Shown here: piece by piece, positions 53,923-64,000 of the stretch
Position numbering within the stretch: the first letter of the stretch is position 1
Layout: every line of letters starts with the position of its first letter
DNA from: the human T2T-CHM13v2.0 reference genome, Homo sapiens
Direction: 5' to 3' (one strand)
DNA length: 64,000 bases
Assembly: GCF_009914755.1 (NCBI RefSeq)
Contig: NC_060929.1
Notes under the pieces: generated by a model
What the model was told of the DNA's origin: nothing
The model's input: only the letters and a program-made list of their open reading frames with translations
The model's database searches: none
Position numbers and translations under genes: made by a program

Positions 53923-54907
53923 TGAAGGGGGCCTGCCTCTCCACACCTGTGGGTATTTCTTGCAAGGTGGAGACGAGACACTGAGAAAAGAAATAAGACA
54001 CAGAGACAGTATAGAGGAAGAAAAGTGGGCCAAGGGGACTGGTGCTCAGCAAGTGAGGACCTGCACCAGCATTGGTCTCTGAGTTCCCTCAGTATTTATT
54101 GATCACTATCTCTACTATCTTGGCGAGGGGGATGTGGCAGGACTATAGGGTAATGGTGGCCAGAGGGTCAGCAGGAAAACATGTGAGCAAAGGACTCTGT
54201 GTCATAAATAAGTTTAAGGAAAGGTGCTGTGCCTGGATGTGCACATAGGCCAGATTTATGTTTGACTTTACACAGACATCTCAGTGCAGTAAAGAGCAGT
54301 ATTGCCGCCAGCAGGTCTCACTTCCAGCCATAAGGCAGTTTTCTCCTATCTCAGTAAATAGAATATATGATCAGGTTTTACACTGAGACATTCCATTCCC
54401 AGGGACAAGCAGGAGACAGATGCCTTCCTCTTGTCTCAGCTGCAAAGAGGCCTTCCTCTTTCACTAATCCTCCTCAGCACGGACCCTTTATGGGTGTCGG
54501 GCTGGGGGATGGAGGTCTTTCCTTTCCTACAAGGCCATATCTCAGGCTATCTCAGTGGCGGGAAACCTTAGACAATACCCAGGCTTTCTTGGGCAGAGGT
54601 CCCTGTGGCCTTCCACAGTGCATTGTGTCCCTGGGTACTTGAGATTGGAGAATGGTGATGACTTTTACCAAGCATACTGCCTGCAAACATTTTTACCAAG
54701 GCACATCCTGCACAGCCCTAAATCCATTAAATCTTGAGTCAATATAGCACATGTTTCTGCGAGCACAGGGTTGGGGCTAGGGTTACAGATTAACAGCATC
54801 TCAAGGCAGAAGAATTTTTCTTAGTACAGATCAAAATGGAGTTTCTTATGTCTTCCTTTTTCTACATAGACACAGTAACAGTCTGATCTCTCTTTCTTTC
54901 CCCCACA
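53923..54907 (-). mobile_element. HERV-K(HML-2) solo LTR (LTR5A/5B-like)
   Basis: Reverse complement of LTR5; TSD at(a/g)ct. Confidence 0.92.
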
Positions 54908-55220
54908 ATGCTTGTTTGAGGACATGTATTATCACCAGAGAGGACTTGAAACTGCATAACAAACTGTACTTGCCAGACATTTCCTAATCACCTTCTCACT
55001 GTTTACTCCCTCCCCCGATAATCGATAATCGCAAAGCTTCCTTTCCCTTTGACTATTCTATTCTCTTCACAATTTATCACCCCTTGTTAAATGGTATATA
55101 AGCCCCCAGCCCTAAACTCCTACTTGGGTTTTCACTTCTCTTTTGTGAAGCCTCATTATGTATGCAAAATAAAATTTTTCTACTGTTAATCTGTCGTTTA
55201 TCAGTTTAAGTGACAGGCTG

Positions 55221-55857
<637 letters not shown>

Positions 55858-56102
55858 TTAAGAAGGTAGAGGTCGGGTTTTTTCATCATCTACAAAGGTA
55901 TTCTGCTTCTAAAATGAGTTAGAACAATGGATTTGACCACAATCAGATGGACATTAAGGGTAAGAAAGAAAAGTGGCTCAAAGCAGCCTGAGGAATGTAA
56001 AGTATGCAAAATTTATCAGGCTCAGAGAGACTTGAGCAAGAGCCTTCAGTCATATCCCTCTCAGCCATACCCAGGAATAACTGTTTCAAGGCATTTTGAC
56101 AG

Positions 56103-57265
<1,163 letters not shown>

Positions 57266-58236
57266 ATTTTATATATATATGGTGAATTCACCTTTACCAT
57301 ATCTTTTATGTATAAGCAATGGGATTGATTAGCAAGTAATGGGACTCTGAAATCAAAGGGGTAAATTTGGGTATATCTTTATAAATATAATAACCTTGAA
57401 CCCCACAAATCTCTCTAAGCGTCCTTTAAAAAATAGACTTTCTGTCTGAGTAGGTGAGTCCTTTTTTTTGTTTGAAGATACTAGAAAGCTCTTACTTGAG
57501 ACAGCTCCTAAAAGAATGTCAATTCAACAGAAGTCTCATAGCCAGTATAACTAATTCTAACCCCCTAACTAGAGTCAGATACTAGGATACCCCTAAGGGA
57601 CAACAATGAAATCTGAATTTGGGTGTCATTGCTTACATATCAAAACAGTTGCAAGAGACAGTTAATTTATATTTGCAGAAACCATATGAATTTGTATGAA
57701 AATGATTTTTTAAAGTGCTATATCAAGAAAACTAGAACATAATGCAGAACAAATAAAATTTACTTATATGGGTGCCAAGAATAGAAATTCTGGGTTCCGC
57801 ATACATCAGCATCTAGAAGAATCTGCAGTAGGTATGGATGGTTGATTGAGGCCTTTATTCAATGGTAGTCTACAAAGAATAAGACAGAAGTAAGAACTTT
57901 CCTGTTAAAATGGAAAGATAGAGTAAACAAGTTTAGGAATATCTCATAAGCCACTGATTCCATTCTTAGGTCTATATCCAAGGGAAATTCTTGCACATGC
58001 ACACAAGGAAACATGGAAGAGAATGTCCATATATGTACTGTTCACAGTAACAAAAATTTGCTGAGGAGGAAGGAACTAAAACTCCAACAATAGGAGAGCG
58101 GATAGAAAGGAACATATTATATTCACAGAACGGAATATTTTACAAAAATCAGAATAAACTACAACATTACTCAAAATCATGGCTGCATTATAGCAACATA
58201 ATATTCAGAGAAAAAGTTTAAAAGACTACATAGAAC

Positions 58237-58750
58237 TGTCAATTGAGGAAAATGACAAGATAAGTCTCAATCATTTTAGGAGGTTTATTTGCCAAAGTTA
58301 AGGACATGCCTGGGAGACAGGTCTATGCCTTTCTCTGATGATGATTTTGAGGGCTCCAAATTTAAAGGGGAAAGGGCAGGATATTGAGAAGCGCACAGTT
58401 TTCACATAAACCAAAGGGGCAGAGGAAAAATATGGGGAATCTGCATTTTACATAAGATAACAGACAAAATGGGGTAGAGGGAACAATCAGATATGCATTT
58501 GTGTCTGGCGAGCAGGGTGACTGCACATGTAAAGATAAGCTATCAATTTGCATTGCCATGGTGAAGTTTTAACAGCTCACCAGGAATTTCCCTGTGGGCA
58601 AAATATGGGAGAGGCATGTAGCTTTTCATCTTGTAGCCATCTTATTTAGGAATCAAAAGCGGGAGGCAGGTTTGTGTGACCCAGTTCCCAGCTTAACTTT
58701 TCCCTTTGGCTAAATGAGTTTGGGGTCCCAAAGTTTAATTTCCCTTCACA
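58237..58750 (-). mobile_element. MER4A-like solo LTR inserted in an old L1M fragment
   Basis: TG...CA termini with TSD gaac; MER4A-type sequence. Confidence 0.85.
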
Positions 58751-59719
58751 GAACACAGTTTTATTTTATAAAATTAACAAAAACACACAATATGTAGATA
58801 CATATTGATAAAAATAAAACTATGTAAAAAGGTAAACAACAGAATATTCAATTTAGTAATAAAATAACCAACTGTGGATGGTTATCTTGAATTGAAGGGT
58901 TGGAAATAAGGGATACAGGAAAATCACACACAATAAACTAAATTGGAAGATGGGCCTAATGCTAACACCAAAAATGGACCTCTTGACGGCAGAATTGCAT
59001 TTATCTATCCAGCCTCAGGAAGAGTTACACAACCTCAAGTTTCCTCAAGTGAGGCTGTGTGTCTATGAAATGTGGGGCATGGAGAAGCAAGCATAGCACA
59101 GTTTTCCAGGAGGCGCTGGCTTAATAAAAGAGGGTGGAATGTGAGGGGCCAAACTTTTCATGTGTAGATCCCCTCTCAAACTCTACAACCAGATAATTCA
59201 TTAGTTTAGTGGTGAGAACTAAAAGATGAGACATGAAACTAAAGTTATTCAGGTATAATTGTACCTTATAGAAACTGGACAAGGGGGATGCCACTTTTCC
59301 CACTTATACAATCATTCAGTGTATTGAACTACCCTGTGAAAAGATAAGTACAATTGCATTAATAGATTAAGTAAACTACAACAAGGTATGGGGTCACACA
59401 CCTGTAGTCCCAGCTACTCAGGAGGCTGAGACAGGAGGATTGGTTGAGCTCAGGAGTTAAAGGCTGTAATGAGTTATAATCATGCCACTGCACTCCAGTA
59501 TGCGTGACAGAGTAATACTTCATCTCTTGAAAAATAGAGAAAAGAGAGAAAGAAATTATAGCTTCAAACTCTATGCTATTTTGAAGACATAAAGTAAAAT
59601 GATAAAAAGAGTTGAAAATAAAGGAGTGGACAAAGATACATCTGAATCTAATCAATTTTTTGAACTTTTATTTTAGGTTCAGGGGTACATTGGGTATATT
59701 TTAGGTTCAGGTGGGTGGA

Positions 59720-63204
<3,485 letters not shown>

Positions 63205-63420
63205 TTTTTTTTTTTTTTTTTTTGTTGTGTTCTAGGAAAACTTTATTTATAAACACAGGCAGCCAATAGTTTGCCAACTCCTATTTTAGAACATGAGTGA
63301 GAATCATCAATAAAACTACAAATCTTTGCAACAGTCAGAATAAGAAAATAGTGAATTAAAGACTATTAGCATTTCAGCCATCTAGGACAGTGTTCTTCTC
63401 ATTATCATACGTAAATATTT

Positions 63421-64000
63421 GTTTTGTTGTTTTTTTTTTTTAATTGATCATTCTTGGGTGTTTCTCGCAGAAGGGGATTTGGCAGGGTCATAGGACAATA
63501 GTGGAGGGAAGGTCAGCAGATAAACAAGTGAACAAAGGTCTCTGGTTTTCCTAGGCAGAGGACCCTGCTGCCTTCCGCAGTGTTTGTGTCCCTGGGTACT
63601 TAAGATTAGGGAGTGGTGATGACTCTTAACGAGCATGCTGCCTTCAAGCATCTGTTTAACAAAGCACATCTTGCACCGCCCTTAATCCATTTAACCCTGA
63701 GTGGACACAGCACATGTTTCAGAGAGCACAGGGTTGGGGATAAGGTCACAGATCAACAGGATCCCAAGGCAGAAGAATTTTTCTTAGTACAGAACAAAAT
63801 GAAAAGTCTCCCATGTCTACTTCTATCCACACAGACGCGGCAACCATCCGATTTCTCAATTTTTTCCCCACCCTTCCCGCCTTTCTATTCCACAAAACCG
63901 CCATTGTCATCATGGCCCATCCCCAGTGAGCCGCTGGGCACACCTCCCAGACGGGGTCGTGGCCGGGCAGAGGGGCTCCTCACTTCCCAGTAGGGGCGGC
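63421..64000 (-). mobile_element. SVA retrotransposon 3' end (SINE-R and start of VNTR), continues beyond window
   Basis: ttgatcattcttgggtgtttctcgcag...acctcccagacggggtcgtggccgggcagaggggctcctcacttcccag. Confidence 0.96.

Overview
Human (primate) genomic DNA, recognised as the ANXA2R locus on chr5p12 from the intact, intronless 193-aa ANXA2R ORF at 16327-16908 (-). Most of the window is transposon-derived: about 40 Alus, a near full-length L1PA carrying nested Alu and LTR5 insertions, solo LTRs (MER11, LTR5, LTR6-like, LTR27/28-like, THE1, MER4A, MER34), a truncated MER48/HERV-H48 provirus and the 3' end of an SVA. The non-repeat DNA holds two hidden structures. (1) A decayed ANXA2R gene-family cluster: by-eye alignment finds relics at about 4.8 kb, 7.3 kb, 10.8-11.4 kb and 30.2 + 37.6 kb (split by the L1), and possibly 38.2 kb. 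The copies that keep their 5' end have a TATA-like box about 70-90 nt upstream of the start-codon position. (2) Large, strand-asymmetric CpG-rich domains (13.8-22.4 kb and 40.6-45.4 kb) built from a cryptic ~22-bp degenerate tandem unit, arranged in kb-scale higher-order duplications. There is also a spliced L1 5'UTR (SpIRE-type junction) and two apparent 3' transductions (L1 and SVA). All alignments were done by eye and repeat subfamily names come from memory of consensus sequences; both need computational confirmation.
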